From NCBI RefSeq assembly GCF_003334315.1, contig NZ_QOWR01000042.1: 43,339 nucleotides of DNA; one strand, 5' to 3'. The stretch is from Escherichia coli (GTDB lineage Bacteria; Pseudomonadota; Gammaproteobacteria; Enterobacterales; Enterobacteriaceae). Shown piece by piece: positions 17,610-29,416 of the stretch (position 1 is its first letter; each line of letters begins with the position of its first letter). The notes under the pieces are model-generated. The model worked only from the letters and a program-made list of their open reading frames with translations. It made no database searches and was not told the origin of the DNA. The position numbers and the translations under genes were made by a program.

Positions 17610-18893
17610 TCAACGTTTGTAATCGATGGCTTCTGGCTGCTCCAGATATACGGTGGTTTGTGCCGGTTGTGTGCTGGCAATCACCTTGCCGCCACGTACC
17701 GAATAACGTACCGGAACCTGACGGCGCAGCGCATCAAACCCATTTTCAGCCGGCAGGATAATCAGGTTGGCGCTGTTTCCGGCGGCAATGCCGTAATCCT
17801 GCAAATTCAACGTCCTTGCGCTGTGGTGGGTGATTAAATTCAGGCCATCGTTAATCTGCCCGTAGCCCATCAACTGGCAAACATGCAGCCCCATATGCAG
17901 CACTTGCAGCATATTCGCCGTTCCCAGCGGATACCACGGATCGAAGACATCATCGTGACCAAAGCAGACGTTAATGCCGGACTCCAGCATCTCTTTAACG
18001 CGCGTGATGCCGCGACGTTTTGGATACGTATCGAAACGTCCTTGCAGATGAATATTGACCAGCGGGTTGGCGACAAAGTTAATACCGGACATTTTCAGCA
18101 AGCGGAACAGGCGTGAGGTATACGCCCCGTTATAGGAGTGCATTGCCGTGGTGTGGCTGGCGGTGACTCGCGCGCCCATGCCTTCATGGTGCGCCAGGGC
18201 AGCAACGGTTTCGACAAAGCGCGACTGCTCGTCATCGATCTCATCACAGTGAACGTCGATGAGACGGTCGTATTTTTGCGCCAGGGCGAAGGTTTTATGC
18301 AGCGACTCCACGCCGTATTCACGGGTAAATTCAAAATGCGGAATCGCCCCCACTACATCTGCCCCTAAGCGTAACGCCTCTTCCAGCAACGCTTCACCGT
18401 TGGGATACGACAAAATCCCTTCCTGAGGGAAGGCGACGATTTGCAGATCAATCCACGGCGCGACTTCCTGCTTCACTTCCAGCATTGCTTTCAGCGCAGT
18501 TAGCGTTGCATCCGAAACATCGACATGGGTACGCACATGCTGAATGCCGTTGGCAATCTGCCATTTCAGCGTTTGCCATGCGCGTTGTTTCACATCGTCA
18601 TGGGTTAATAACGCTTTGCGCTCGGCCCAGCGTTCAATGCCTTCAAACAGCGTGCCGGACTGATTCCAGTTCGGTTGTCCGGCGGTTTGCGTGGTGTCCA
18701 GGTGAATATGTGGCTCCACAAACGGCGGTATAACTAAACCTTGTTCGGCATCCAGGCTGTTTTCAGTTATGGGCATCACGCCGGATTGCGCATCAATGGC
18801 GCTGATTTTTCCGTCCTGCAGATGAATCTGCCACAGCCCCTCTTCGCCTGGTAACCGGGCGTTAATAATTGTTTGTAAAGCGTTATTCGACAC
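17610..18893 (-). CDS. codA: Cytosine deaminase
   Basis: Amidohydrolase with metal-binding HIH (EPHIHLD); GTG start giving 427 aa ([10 protein letters not shown]...); overlaps the codB 3' end by 11 bp. Confidence 0.9.
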
Positions 18894-20142
18894 TGTTAGC
18901 CTCCACATGCGTCATTGCTGCTGTCGTTTTACGATTCAAAATCGGGTTAAGGATCAGATAGCTCAGCGCGCCACCTAATACCGCGTTGACCGGAACAATT
19001 CCCGGTAACCAGTGGCCTGCAGCAATCCCCAAGGCGACCGCCAGAATCGCCACCCAATTGACACTCATCATACGCGTGGTCGCAAAGTGCTCATAGCGGC
19101 GACGGTTCATCAGATAGTCGGCAATGATCACGCCACCCACCGGAGGAATAGCTGCCGAAAGGAAGGTCAACCAGCCGACAAAATTGTTATACAGCCATAA
19201 TGCGCAGACCGTACCGATAATACCGTTGATTACCGAAAGGGTTTTGCTCGACATCCCGGTAATGTTGGCGAAACCTAAACCCGACGCATAGAGCGCGTTA
19301 TCGTTGGTGGTCCAGATATTTAGCCCCAGCACCACAATCGCAGGCAACAGCAGGCCCTGAGCAATCATCACATCAGAGATATCCGCCATCCCCAGTGCCG
19401 CAGCGCCCGCTGCACCGAAAATAAACATCAACGAGTTGCCGAGGAAAAAGGCCACCATCGCCACCAGCACCGCCAGTTTGGCATTGCGACCAAAGCGGAC
19501 AAAGTCAGCGGTGAGCGTGCCCGCACTGATAAATGACCCCACAACCAGCGCCAGCGCGACATTGAAATCTAACGGTTGTGCGGGAACGACCGCTTTTAAG
19601 GCGTCCAGGCCGCCCATGCCGTTAACGGCCAGCCATACGGAATAACCGCCAAGACAGGCGATAGCCGGAACCGCAATCACCGAAAGAACCGTCAGCGCCG
19701 AAATGCCAAAGAAGACGGTGACGGTCATCAGTAAACCGGAAACGGCAATCAGCAAATTAATATCCAGCCCGGTTGCCTTACCCACCGGAATAGCAAACAT
19801 CGCCACACCGACGCCAAACCAGCCAACCTGGGTGCCGCCCAGCAGCAGTGAAGGCAGCCATGAGCCTTTAACACCAAAAGAGAAGCGAGCAAGAAGATGA
19901 GTGGTCAGGCCGGTTTTTGCGCCAATGTAACCGAGAAATGAAGTGTAAATACCGAGGAGAAGATTACCGATGAGAACTGCGAGGAAGAAATCATGATAGC
20001 TAAGACCGGTTCCGAGAGTACCGCCGGTCCACATACTGGCGGAAAAGAAGGTTAATCCCAGCATGACGAACGTCAATGCCAATACCCCTTTCCGCGCCGA
20101 CTGCGGGACTGGCCCCTGGCTAAAGTTGTTATCTTGCGACAC
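18883..20142 (-). CDS. codB: Cytosine permease (NCS1 family)
   Basis: 419-aa polytopic membrane ORF upstream of codA. Confidence 0.9.
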
Positions 20143-20208
20143 GAAATTCCCCCTTTTTGCTGTTTGAAACCCAAAAAATCCGCCGCATTCTATTCATCTG
20201 AAGATAAA

Positions 20209-20224
20209 AAGCAATCGTTTTCGT
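20209..20224. promoter_or_regulatory. Candidate PurR operator upstream of codB
   Basis: Minus-strand ACGAAAACGATTGCTT resembles the PurR box (ACGCAAACGTTTGCGT-like palindrome), about 70-80 bp upstream of the codB start. Confidence 0.35.
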
Positions 20225-20294
20225 GGGGAAATATATTTTTTATATGAATGAGTGCAAAAAGGTGGGGGAAAAATTATCGGTGTAAAAACAGTGG

Positions 20295-20560
20295 GTAGGC
20301 CTGATAAGACGCGTCAGCGTCGCATCAGGCATCTGAGCATGGTGTCGGATGCGGCGCGAGCGCCTTATCCGACCTACGGTTCAGACCTGTAGGCATGATA
20401 AGACGCGCCAGCGTCGCATCAGGCATCGGCGCGGGGTGTCGGATGCGACGCGAGCGCCTTATCCGACCTACGGTTCAGGCCTGTAGGCATAATAAGACGC
20501 GGTAAGCGTCGCATCAGGCATCGGCGCATGGTGTCGGATGCGCCACGCGACGCATCCGAC
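20295..20560. repeat. BIME (three ~97-bp REP-pair units) between codB upstream region and the prpE 3' end
   Basis: Three tandem units of GTAGGCCTGATAAGACGCG...GTCGGATGCGGCGCGAGCGCCTTATCCGACCTAC. Confidence 0.8.
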
Positions 20561-20566
20561 AATACC

Positions 20567-22453
20567 TTACTCTTCCATCGCCTGGCGGATCTGATCCAAC
20601 GACGCAGGATCATCAATGGTCGTCAGATCTCCAGGATCGCGTCCTTCGCAAATCGCCTGGATCGTGCGGCGCAGCATTTTTCCGGATCGCGTTTTTGGCA
20701 ATTGCGAGACAAACCAGACGTGCGCCGGGCGGCCAAAGTTGCCAATCTGGCTGTCCACCAGCGCCATAATCGCCTTCTCTTGCGAATGCGCCACATCACG
20801 ATCTTCCAGACTGTCGCTCTCTTTCGGAATGACAAACGCCACCGCCACCTGCCCTTTCAGCGCATCTTTCACCCCAACCACCGCCACTTCGGCAACGCCC
20901 GGATGGCTGGAGATACTCTCTTCAATCTCGCGCGTCCCCAGCCGATGCCCGGCAACGTTAATTACATCGTCAGTGCGCCCGAGAATAAAGTGATAACCGT
21001 CAGCGTCACGGATGCCCCAGTCAAAGGTGGCGTACACCGGGCGGGAAAACAGCGACCAGTAAGTCTTCACAAAGCGGCCGTCGTCGCCCCAGATGGTCTG
21101 AATACACCCCGGCGGCAGCGGCCCTTCCACCACCAGCATCCCTTTCTCGTTGACGCCACACGGTTCGCCGGTGACTTCATTAAGCAACTGCACGTTATAG
21201 CCATACATCGGCACACCGGGGCTTCCCAGACGCGTCGGCCTGTCGTCCAGACCGCGAGCAATCGCCATAATCGGCCAGCCGGATTCGGTCTGCCAGTAGT
21301 TGTCGATGACCGGCACATCCAGCGTATTGCTCACCCAACTGGCGGTCGGCTCGTCCAGCGGTTCTCCAGCCAGATAGAGCACTTCCAGCGACGAGAGATC
21401 GTGTTTGCGAATTTCAGCGGTAGGGAATTTTTTCAGCACGCGAATGGCGGTCGGCGCTGAGAACATCCGGCTAACCTGATATTTCTCGACGATTTTCCAC
21501 CACACGCCGCAGTCCGGCCAGGTCGGTAATCCTTCGTAAACGATAGTCGCCATCCCCGCCAGCAGCGGCGCGTAGACGATATACGAATGCCCCACCACCC
21601 AGCCGATATCCGATGCGCAAAAGAACACGCTGCCCGCTTTGCCGCCAAAAATGGTGTCCATCGAGGTCGCCAGCGCCACCGCATATCCGCCGACGTCACG
21701 CTGCACGCCTTTAGGTTTGCCGGTCGTGCCGGAAGTGTAGAGAATGCAGGAGGTTTCGTTGGATTCCAGCCACGCCACCGGTACCCGCGCGCCGATGTGT
21801 TGATGGCGCAACGACGCGAAATCGACATCCCGCCCGCTGACGCGCGCCATTTTCGCCAGCCCGCGATCCACCAGCAAAACATGGCGTGGCTGGTGCTGCG
21901 CCTGACTTATCGCATCGTCGAGCAATTTTTTATAGGGAATGATTTTGCCACCGCGCGCTCCGGCATCAGCCGAGACAATCAGCACCGGTTTAGCGTCATC
22001 AATTCGCGCCGCCACGCTGTGCGAGGCAAATCCACCAAACACCACCGAGTGAATAGCGCCAATGCGCGCGCAGGCCAGCAGAGTAATATGCGCTTCGGCA
22101 ATCATCGGCATATACACCAGCACCCGATCGCCGCGCTGCACACCCAATGAACGCAACATTGAGGCCACCGCGTTCACTTCGTCATGCAGCTGACGAAAGG
22201 TAAAGGTGCGCTCTTCTTCTGTTTCCGAAGAGACGGCAATCAGCGCCAGCGCCTCTGGCTGTTTCTCCAGCCAGCGGTCGATGGCGTTGTGGCACAAGTT
22301 GGTTCGGCCTTCACAAAACCAACGGGCAAACGGCGGATTGCTGTGATCGAGCGTTTGCGTAAAGGGCATCTGCCAGTCAATACGCCGGGCCTGCTCGGCC
22401 CAGAACTGCTCCGGTTCGTTAATCGAACGCTGATAAAATTCGCTAAAAGACAT
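20567..22453 (-). CDS. prpE: Propionate-CoA ligase (propionyl-CoA synthetase)
   Basis: 628-aa acyl-CoA synthetase with AMP-binding motif YTSGTTGKPKG. Confidence 0.9.
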   Translation of the reverse strand: MSFSEFYQRSINEPEQFWAEQARRIDWQMPFTQTLDHSNPPFARWFCEGRTNLCHNAIDRWLEKQPEALALIAVSSETEEERTFTFRQLHDEVNAVASMLRSLGVQRGDRVLVYMPMIAEAHITLLACARIGAIHSVVFGGFASHSVAARIDDAKPVLIVSADAGARGGKIIPYKKLLDDAISQAQHQPRHVLLVDRGLAKMARVSGRDVDFASLRHQHIGARVPVAWLESNETSCILYTSGTTGKPKGVQRDVGGYAVALATSMDTIFGGKAGSVFFCASDIGWVVGHSYIVYAPLLAGMATIVYEGLPTWPDCGVWWKIVEKYQVSRMFSAPTAIRVLKKFPTAEIRKHDLSSLEVLYLAGEPLDEPTASWVSNTLDVPVIDNYWQTESGWPIMAIARGLDDRPTRLGSPGVPMYGYNVQLLNEVTGEPCGVNEKGMLVVEGPLPPGCIQTIWGDDGRFVKTYWSLFSRPVYATFDWGIRDADGYHFILGRTDDVINVAGHRLGTREIEESISSHPGVAEVAVVGVKDALKGQVAVAFVIPKESDSLEDRDVAHSQEKAIMALVDSQIGNFGRPAHVWFVSQLPKTRSGKMLRRTIQAICEGRDPGDLTTIDDPASLDQIRQAMEE

Positions 22454-22492
22454 AATGCTCTCCTGTTGAACTTACGCCTTACCGCCGTTTAC

Positions 22493-23944
22493 TTAAATGA
22501 CGTACAGGTCGAGATACTCATTGACCGGCATCTGTTCCAGGCGAGCTCTGTCGAGAGAAACCTCCAGAATGCGCTGCTGTTGGCGAGTCGGGAACTGGCG
22601 CGCGAGATTGATTTTGAATTTATCGACCAGTTTCGGAATACCATCCTGACGGCGGCGAGCATGACCAATGGGGTACTCCACCACCACTTCTTCAAATCGT
22701 GTGCCGTCGGTGAACTCAAGGGTAATGGCATTGGCGATGGCGCGTTTTTCCGGGTCGTGGTAGTCAGCGGTAAATGCCGGATCTTCAAAGCAATTGATCT
22801 TCTCGCGCAGGGCGTCAATGCGTTTATCTTGCGCAACGTTGTCCTCGTAATCTGCCGCCGTTAAGCGCCCGAATAGCAGCGGGATCGCCACCATGTACTG
22901 AATGCAGTGATCGCGGTCTGCCGGGTTATTGAGCGGCCCTTTTTTGTCGATGATGCGAATACAGGCTTCGTGGGTGCGAATGGTCACTTTTTCGATATCC
23001 GCCGCCGTTTTGCCTGCTGCCTGCATCTGTTCATAGAGCGTCATCGCTGCTTCAACTGCCGTCTGGGAGTGGAACTCCGCCGGGAAGGAGATTTTGAACA
23101 GCACATTTTCCATAACGTAGGAACCGTACGGGCGCTGGAAGCGGAACGATTCACCTTTAAAGGAGACGTCGTAGAAGCCCCACACCGGCGCAGTCAGGGC
23201 TGACGGGTAACCCATTTCGCCCGTTTTCGCCATCAGTGCCAGACGTACCGCGCGGGAAGTGGCATCGCCCGCCGCCCAGGATTTACGCGTGCCGGTGTTC
23301 GGCGCATGGCGATAGGTGCGCAGCGACTGACCGTCCACCCACGCCAGCGAAACGGCGTTGAGAATTTCCTCGCGGGTCAGGCCGAGCATTTCGGCGACCA
23401 CGGCGGTGGAAGCCACTTTCACTAACAGAACGTGGTCGAGGCCGACGCGGTTAAAGGAGTTTTCCAGCGCGATGCAGCCCTGAATTTCATGGGCTTTGAT
23501 CATTGCGGTCAGCACCTGTTTCATGGTCAACGGCGCTTTGCCGCTGGCGACCGCGTTGCGCGAAAGCCAGTCCGCCGTTGCCAGAATGCCGCCGAGGTTG
23601 TCGGAAGGATGGCCCCACTCCGCCGCCAGCCAGGTATCGTTGAAATCGAGCCAGCGGATCATCGCGCCGATGTTAAATGCCGCCTGGACGGGGTCGAGCT
23701 GGAACTGAGTTCCGGGGACGCGCACGCCGTTGGGTACGACGGTGCCGGGAACAATTGGCCCCAGCAGTTTTTTACAGGCCGGGTATTCGAGAGCTTCCAG
23801 ACCGCAGCCGAGCGTGTCGAGCAGGCAGTAATGTGCGGTGTCGTAGGCCACTTTAGAGCTGATTTCGTAGTTCATGACGTAATCGACGATATCAACGATT
23901 TCACGATCAAATTCCGGGCGGATGTTGTTGATTTGAGCTGACAT
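22493..23944 (-). CDS. prpD: 2-methylcitrate dehydratase
   Basis: 483-aa MmgE/PrpD-family ORF in conserved prpBCDE order. Confidence 0.9.
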
Positions 23945-23977
23945 TGGGTACGTTTCCTTATTGTTATTCGTAGAGGT

Positions 23978-25147
23978 TTACTGGCGCTTATCCAGCGCGA
24001 CAAACGGGCGGTCTTCCGGTCCAACATAATTGGCGGAAGGACGGATAATTTTGTTGTCCTGACGTTGTTCGATAATGTGCGCCGCCCAGCCGGTGACGCG
24101 GGCGATAACAAACAGTGGTGTGAACATCTCGGTGGGAACGCCCATCATGTTGTAGGAAACAGCAGAGAACCAGTCGAGATTGGGGAACATCTTTTTGCTC
24201 TCCCACATCACCGTTTCCAGGCGATCGGCGATGTTGTACATCTTCAGCGAGCCGCCTTCCTGCGAGAGCTGCTTCGCCACACGTTTAATCACCTGGTGGC
24301 GCGGGTCAGCGATGGTGTAAACCGGATGACCAAAACCAATGACCACTTCTTTGTTTTCCACGCGCTTGCGGATATCTGCTTCGGCTTCGTCCGGCGTTTC
24401 GTAGCGTTGCTGGATCTCCAGCGACACTTCATTCGCCCCGCCGTGTTTTGGCCCGCGCAGTGCGCCAATCGCGCCAATAATCGCGGAATACATATCAGAG
24501 CCAGTACCCGCAATCACCCGACTGGTAAAGGTGGAGGCGTTAAACTCGTGTTCGGCGTACAGCACCAGCGAAATATGCATCGCCTTTTCCCAGCTTTGCG
24601 ATGGCTTTTCGCCATGCAGCAGATGCAGGAAGTGACCACCGATGGAGTCGTCATCGGTTTCCGGCTGGATACGTTCGCCGTTGTGGCTGTAGTGATACCA
24701 ATAAAGGAGAATCGAGCTAAGTGATGCCAGCAGTTTGTCGGCAATATCCCGCGCACCGGAGACAGTGTGCCCCTCTTTTTCTGGCAGCGTGCAGCCGAGC
24801 ACGGAAACACCGGTGCGCATAACATCCATCGGGTGTGACGCCGCCGGTAAGGCTTCCAGCACAGTACGCACATTAGCCGGTAAACCGCGCAGGGCTTTCA
24901 GTTTCGTTTTGTAGGCGGCAAGTTCGTCACGGGTCGGCAGTTTGCCGTGGATCAGCAGGTGCGCCACTTCTTCAAATTCGCAATGTTCCGCCAGATCAAG
25001 AATATCGTAGCCACGGTAATGCAGGTCATTGCCACTTTTACCCACGGTGCAGAGCGCCGTATTGCCCGCCGGAACGCCAGAAAGCGCCACAGATTTTTTC
25101 GGTTTAATGACATGGGTACTGTTTTGCAGGATCGTTGTGTCGCTCAT
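23978..25147 (-). CDS. prpC: 2-methylcitrate synthase
   Basis: 389-aa citrate-synthase-family ORF. Confidence 0.9.
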   Translation of the reverse strand: MSDTTILQNSTHVIKPKKSVALSGVPAGNTALCTVGKSGNDLHYRGYDILDLAEHCEFEEVAHLLIHGKLPTRDELAAYKTKLKALRGLPANVRTVLEALPAASHPMDVMRTGVSVLGCTLPEKEGHTVSGARDIADKLLASLSSILLYWYHYSHNGERIQPETDDDSIGGHFLHLLHGEKPSQSWEKAMHISLVLYAEHEFNASTFTSRVIAGTGSDMYSAIIGAIGALRGPKHGGANEVSLEIQQRYETPDEAEADIRKRVENKEVVIGFGHPVYTIADPRHQVIKRVAKQLSQEGGSLKMYNIADRLETVMWESKKMFPNLDWFSAVSYNMMGVPTEMFTPLFVIARVTGWAAHIIEQRQDNKIIRPSANYVGPEDRPFVALDKRQ

Positions 25148-25189
25148 GTTGTCCTCGTCATTGTTATCATTTGTAGGGTCGGGATTGTT

Positions 25190-25468
25190 GTCGGATGCGA
25201 CGCCATGCGTCTTATCCGACCTACAGTTCAGTTCACCCCGCAGGCCTGATAAGCCGCGTCAGCGGCGCATCAGGCATCGGTTGTCGGATACGACGCCATG
25301 CGTCTTATCCGACCTACAGTTCAGTACATCCCGTAGGCCTGATAAGTCACGTCAGCGGCGCATCAGGCATCGGTTGTCGGATGCGACGCCATCCGTCTTA
25401 TCCGACCTACAGTTCAGTGCACCTCGTAGGCCTGATAAGTCGCGTCAGCGACGCATCAGGCATCGGCT
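25190..25468. repeat. BIME (three 93-bp units) within the prpB-prpC intergenic region
   Basis: Units start at 25190, 25283 and 25376; GTCGGATGCGACGCCATGCGTCTTATCCGACCTAC... alternating with GTAGGCCTGATAAG... Confidence 0.8.
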
Positions 25469-25493
25469 GTCGAATACAATCAACGGGCGTTTT

Positions 25494-26384
25494 TTATTTC
25501 ACCTGGCTACGGGCAAACAGGTTGTCGAGCTTCTCTTCGTACTGGTAGTAGTTGATGCTTTCGTACAGCTCGTTGCGGGTCTGCATGGTGTCGATGACGC
25601 TTTTCTGCGTGCCTTCCTGGCGCAGGACGTTGTAGACATGTTCAGCGGCGCGGTTCATGGCGCGGAACGCTGAAAGTGGGTACAGCGCCATTGCGACATG
25701 GGCGCTGCGTAATTCGTCGGTGGTAAACAGCGGCGTGGCACCAAATTCGGTGATGTTGGCGAGGATCGGCACCTGCACCGCATCGGCAAACTGGCGGTAC
25801 ATGGCGAGTTCGGTAATCGCCTCCGGGAACAACATCTCGGCACCCGCTTCAACATAGGCCTGCGCACGCTCGATCGCCGCATCCAGCCCCTCTACCGCCA
25901 GAGCATCGGTGCGCGCCATGATCACAAAATCAGGATCGGTTTTCGCATCCACCGCCGCGCGGATCCGATCCACCATCTCTTCTTTCGAGACGATCGCTTT
26001 ATTCGGACGATGACCGCAGCGTTTCGCACCAACCTGATCTTCAATATGCAATCCTGCCGCACCGGCTTTAATCATCGATTTCACGGTGCGCGCCACGTTA
26101 AAGGCCGAAGAACCAAAACCGATATCCGCATCCACCAGCAGCGGCAGCGAACAAACGTCGGTGATACGGCGAATGTCGGTCAGCACATCATCAAGGGTAG
26201 AAATACCGAGATCGGGCAGCCCCAGCGAACCTGCCGCCACGCCACCGCCAGAAAGATAAATTGCCTGATATCCGGCACGCTGCGCCAACAGCGCATGATT
26301 AGCGTTGATGGTGCCAACAATCTGCAATGGATTTTCTTTAGTCAGTGCAGCGCGAAACGCTTTACCTGGAGAGTGTAGAGACAT
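25494..26384 (-). CDS. prpB: 2-methylisocitrate lyase
   Basis: 296-aa isocitrate-lyase/PEP-mutase family ORF; first gene of the prp operon. Confidence 0.9.
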   Translation of the reverse strand: MSLHSPGKAFRAALTKENPLQIVGTINANHALLAQRAGYQAIYLSGGGVAAGSLGLPDLGISTLDDVLTDIRRITDVCSLPLLVDADIGFGSSAFNVARTVKSMIKAGAAGLHIEDQVGAKRCGHRPNKAIVSKEEMVDRIRAAVDAKTDPDFVIMARTDALAVEGLDAAIERAQAYVEAGAEMLFPEAITELAMYRQFADAVQVPILANITEFGATPLFTTDELRSAHVAMALYPLSAFRAMNRAAEHVYNVLRQEGTQKSVIDTMQTRNELYESINYYQYEEKLDNLFARSQVK

Positions 26385-26430
26385 AGCCCATCCTTTGTTA
26401 TCAACTTGTTATTTGCGTTGATAAAGACAA

Positions 26431-26447
26431 AGCAAGGGGTGTGCCAC
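26431..26447 (-). promoter_or_regulatory. Sigma-54 (-24/-12) promoter of prpBCDE
   Basis: Minus strand reads TGGCACACCCCTTGCT (GG-N10-GC spacing), about 50 bp upstream of the prpB start; divergent prpR encodes a sigma-54 activator. Confidence 0.65.
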
Positions 26448-26518
26448 AATTGCCTTAATAAAATTAAATGTTTAATTTCAATTTGTTAGAGATAAAGTCA
26501 TGAACTAATCCGCAAATA

Positions 26519-26580
26519 TGCGTTTCAGTTAACGTTTCAGGCAATGTTTCACCGCGTTTCATTGCAACAATTATGAAACA
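26519..26580. promoter_or_regulatory. Candidate PrpR enhancer (repeated CGTTTCA motifs and GTTTCAT-N10-ATGAAAC palindrome)
   Basis: Four CGTTTCA/TGTTTCA repeats and a 24-bp palindrome lie 75-135 bp upstream of the sigma-54 promoter; the AT-rich stretch between them could hold an IHF site. Confidence 0.4.
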
Positions 26581-26622
26581 AGACTAAACCCAATATTCGG
26601 TTTCTTAACTTTGCGGTGCGCT

Positions 26623-28209
26623 ATGGCACATCCACCACGGCTTAATGACGACAAACCGGTTATCTGGACGGTATCTGTAACGCGCCTGTTCGAGCTGTTT
26701 CGCGATATCAGCCTCGAGTTTGATCACCTGGCGAACATTACCCCTATTCAGCTTGGCTTTGAAAAAGCAGTGACCTACATCCGCAAGAAACTGGCAAACG
26801 AACGCTGTGACGCCATCATCGCGGCTGGCTCTAACGGCGCGTACCTGAAAAGCCGCCTGTCAGTGCCAGTTATTTTGATTAAACCGAGCGGCTACGATGT
26901 GTTACAGGCACTGGCAAAAGCCGGAAAACTCACCTCTTCTATCGGCGTTGTCACCTATCAGGAAACCATTCCAGCGCTGGTGGCGTTTCAAAAAACCTTT
27001 AATTTGCGCCTCGACCAACGTAGCTACATTACCGAGGAAGACGCACGCGGGCAGATTAACGAGCTAAAAGCTAACGGCACCGAAGCGGTGGTCGGCGCAG
27101 GGCTGATTACCGATTTGGCAGAAGAAGCCGGAATGACCGGAATTTTTATCTATTCCGCCGCCACCGTGCGCCAGGCGTTCAGCGATGCGCTGGATATGAC
27201 GCGCATGTCGTTACGCCATAACACTCACGATGCCACCCGCAACGCCCTGCGTACTCGTTACGTGCTGGGCGATATGCTCGGTCAATCACCACAGATGGAA
27301 CAAGTACGGCAGACTATTTTGCTGTATGCCCGCTCCAGTGCGGCGGTGTTGATTGAGGGGGAAACGGGGACGGGCAAAGAGCTGGCGGCCCAGGCGATTC
27401 ATCGGGAATATTTTGCCCGCCACGATGCGCGACAGGGCAAAAAGTCGCATCCGTTTGTTGCCGTCAACTGCGGGGCGATTGCCGAATCGCTGCTGGAAGC
27501 AGAACTGTTTGGCTATGAGGAAGGGGCGTTTACCGGCTCGCGACGCGGAGGTCGCGCCGGGCTGTTCGAAATTGCCCACGGCGGTACGCTGTTTCTGGAT
27601 GAGATTGGCGAAATGCCGCTACCTTTGCAGACCCGGCTGCTGCGGGTGCTGGAAGAAAAAGAGGTCACCCGCGTCGGCGGGCATCAGCCTGTTCCGGTAG
27701 ATGTACGGGTCATTAGCGCCACTCACTGCAATCTGGAAGAAGATATGCAGCAAGGACGTTTTCGCCGTGATCTGTTTTATCGGCTGAGTATTTTGCGTCT
27801 GCAATTGCCACCACTGCGCGAGCGGGTGGCGGATATTCTTCCGCTGGCGGAAAGCTTTTTGAAAGTGTCTCTGGCGGCGCTCTCCGCCCCATTTTCTGCT
27901 GCATTACGCCAGGGGTTACAGGCAAGTGAAACTGTGCTGCTGCACTACGACTGGCCAGGCAATATTCGTGAACTGCGCAATATGATGGAACGACTGGCGC
28001 TGTTTTTAAGTGTGGAACCGACGCCGGATTTAACGCCGCAGTTTATGCAACTGCTACTGCCGGAACTGGCGCGCGAGTCGGCGAAAACTCCCGCTCCACG
28101 CTTACTGACACCACAACAGGCACTGGAGAAATTTAATGGCGATAAAACAGCAGCGGCGAATTATTTAGGCATCAGCCGGACGACGTTCTGGCGGCGGCTG
28201 AAAAGCTGA
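26623..28209 (+). CDS. prpR: Sigma-54-dependent transcriptional activator of the prp operon
   Basis: ORF 26611-28209, start taken at [13 protein letters not shown] (528 aa); AAA+ Walker A GETGTGKE and the GAFTGS sigma-54 contact motif; C-terminal HTH. Confidence 0.85.
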   Translation: MAHPPRLNDDKPVIWTVSVTRLFELFRDISLEFDHLANITPIQLGFEKAVTYIRKKLANERCDAIIAAGSNGAYLKSRLSVPVILIKPSGYDVLQALAKAGKLTSSIGVVTYQETIPALVAFQKTFNLRLDQRSYITEEDARGQINELKANGTEAVVGAGLITDLAEEAGMTGIFIYSAATVRQAFSDALDMTRMSLRHNTHDATRNALRTRYVLGDMLGQSPQMEQVRQTILLYARSSAAVLIEGETGTGKELAAQAIHREYFARHDARQGKKSHPFVAVNCGAIAESLLEAELFGYEEGAFTGSRRGGRAGLFEIAHGGTLFLDEIGEMPLPLQTRLLRVLEEKEVTRVGGHQPVPVDVRVISATHCNLEEDMQQGRFRRDLFYRLSILRLQLPPLRERVADILPLAESFLKVSLAALSAPFSAALRQGLQASETVLLHYDWPGNIRELRNMMERLALFLSVEPTPDLTPQFMQLLLPELARESAKTPAPRLLTPQQALEKFNGDKTAAANYLGISRTTFWRRLKS

Positions 28210-28306
28210 ACTGCCGAATGCAGCGCGAACGCTTTATCCGGCATAAATTTCAATAGATGATCACCGATAAACTTACGCATCGGAGATGTTTACATAGGAT
28301 TCAGAA

Positions 28307-28582
28307 TTACTTCTTCTTATAAATATTTGCCGTGCCGTGGATCTTATTGTCAGTTTGACCGGAGGTCAGTACCAACACATCAGCCCCTTTTTCATCCGCT
28401 TTTTTGATCAAATCTTCTTTTGCATCTGCAGTCGACATTTCATTGCTGGTTGAAATATCACCTATTTTTTCATACTGCGATTCAACTTTTTCAAATTCCG
28501 CTTTGGTCATCAATTCAGCGGCATAGACATTGGTAACGGCTAACGCTAACGCACCGACTAACATTTTAGAGATTATTTTCAT
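28307..28582 (-). CDS. yahO: Small secreted DUF1471 (YhcN/BhsA-like) protein
   Basis: 91-aa ORF with N-terminal signal peptide [21 protein letters not shown]|AE. Confidence 0.8.
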   Translation of the reverse strand: MKIISKMLVGALALAVTNVYAAELMTKAEFEKVESQYEKIGDISTSNEMSTADAKEDLIKKADEKGADVLVLTSGQTDNKIHGTANIYKKK

Positions 28583-28728
28583 ATTACGGCTCCAGAGTTG
28601 TTATCACACTATCACCCACCCACATTATTGGGTTGATTAATAATTAGTTCAGTCAGGGCATAAACGCCAGTAACCGGAAATAAGACACTTTGTGATCTCT
28701 CTCGCACCCGATTATTTTTGGTAGAAAT

Positions 28729-29400
28729 ATGATGCAGTTAGTTCACTTATTTATGGATGAAATCACTATGGATCCTTTGCATGCCGTTTACCTGACCGTA
28801 GGACTGTTCGTGATTACTTTTTTTAATCCGGGAGCCAATCTCTTTGTGGTAGTACAAACCAGCCTGGCTTCCGGTCGACGCGCAGGGGTGCTGACCGGGC
28901 TGGGCGTGGCGCTGGGCGATGCATTTTATTCCGGGTTGGGTTTGTTTGGTCTTGCAACGCTAATTACGCAGTGTGAGGAGATTTTTTCGCTTATCAGAAT
29001 CGTCGGCGGCGCTTATCTCTTATGGTTTGCGTGGTGCAGCATGCGCCGCCAGTCAACACCGCAAATGAGCACACTACAACAACCGATTAGCGCCCCCTGG
29101 TATGTCTTTTTTCGCCGCGGATTAATTACCGATCTCTCTAACCCGCAAACCGTTTTATTTTTTATCAGTATTTTCTCAGTAACATTAAATGCCGAAACAC
29201 CAACATGGGCACGTTTAATGGCCTGGGCGGGGATTGTGCTCGCATCAATTATCTGGCGAGTTTTTCTTAGTCAGGCGTTTTCTTTGCCCGCTGTGCGTCG
29301 TGCTTATGGGCGTATGCAACGCGTTGCCAGTCGGGTTATTGGTGCAATTATTGGTGTATTCGCGCTACGCCTGATTTACGAAGGGGTGACGCAGCGGTGA
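28729..29400 (+). CDS. yahN: LysE/RhtB-family amino-acid exporter
   Basis: 223-aa hydrophobic ORF; family assignment from memory. Confidence 0.8.
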   Translation: MMQLVHLFMDEITMDPLHAVYLTVGLFVITFFNPGANLFVVVQTSLASGRRAGVLTGLGVALGDAFYSGLGLFGLATLITQCEEIFSLIRIVGGAYLLWFAWCSMRRQSTPQMSTLQQPISAPWYVFFRRGLITDLSNPQTVLFFISIFSVTLNAETPTWARLMAWAGIVLASIIWRVFLSQAFSLPAVRRAYGRMQRVASRVIGAIIGVFALRLIYEGVTQR

Positions 29401-29416
29401 GCAGATAATTTACTCT

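Noticed and set aside
25029-25673. Plus-strand ORFs of 214 and 117 aa with repetitive [17 protein letters not shown] segments
   Set aside because: They are generated by the three-unit BIME between prpC and prpB and run antisense into prpB; this is a repeat artefact.
28210-28306. Partial REP-like sequence between the convergent prpR and yahO
   Set aside because: It is only a half-palindrome (GCCGAATGCAGCGCGAACGCTTTATCCGGCAT) without a clear partner; too degenerate to call.
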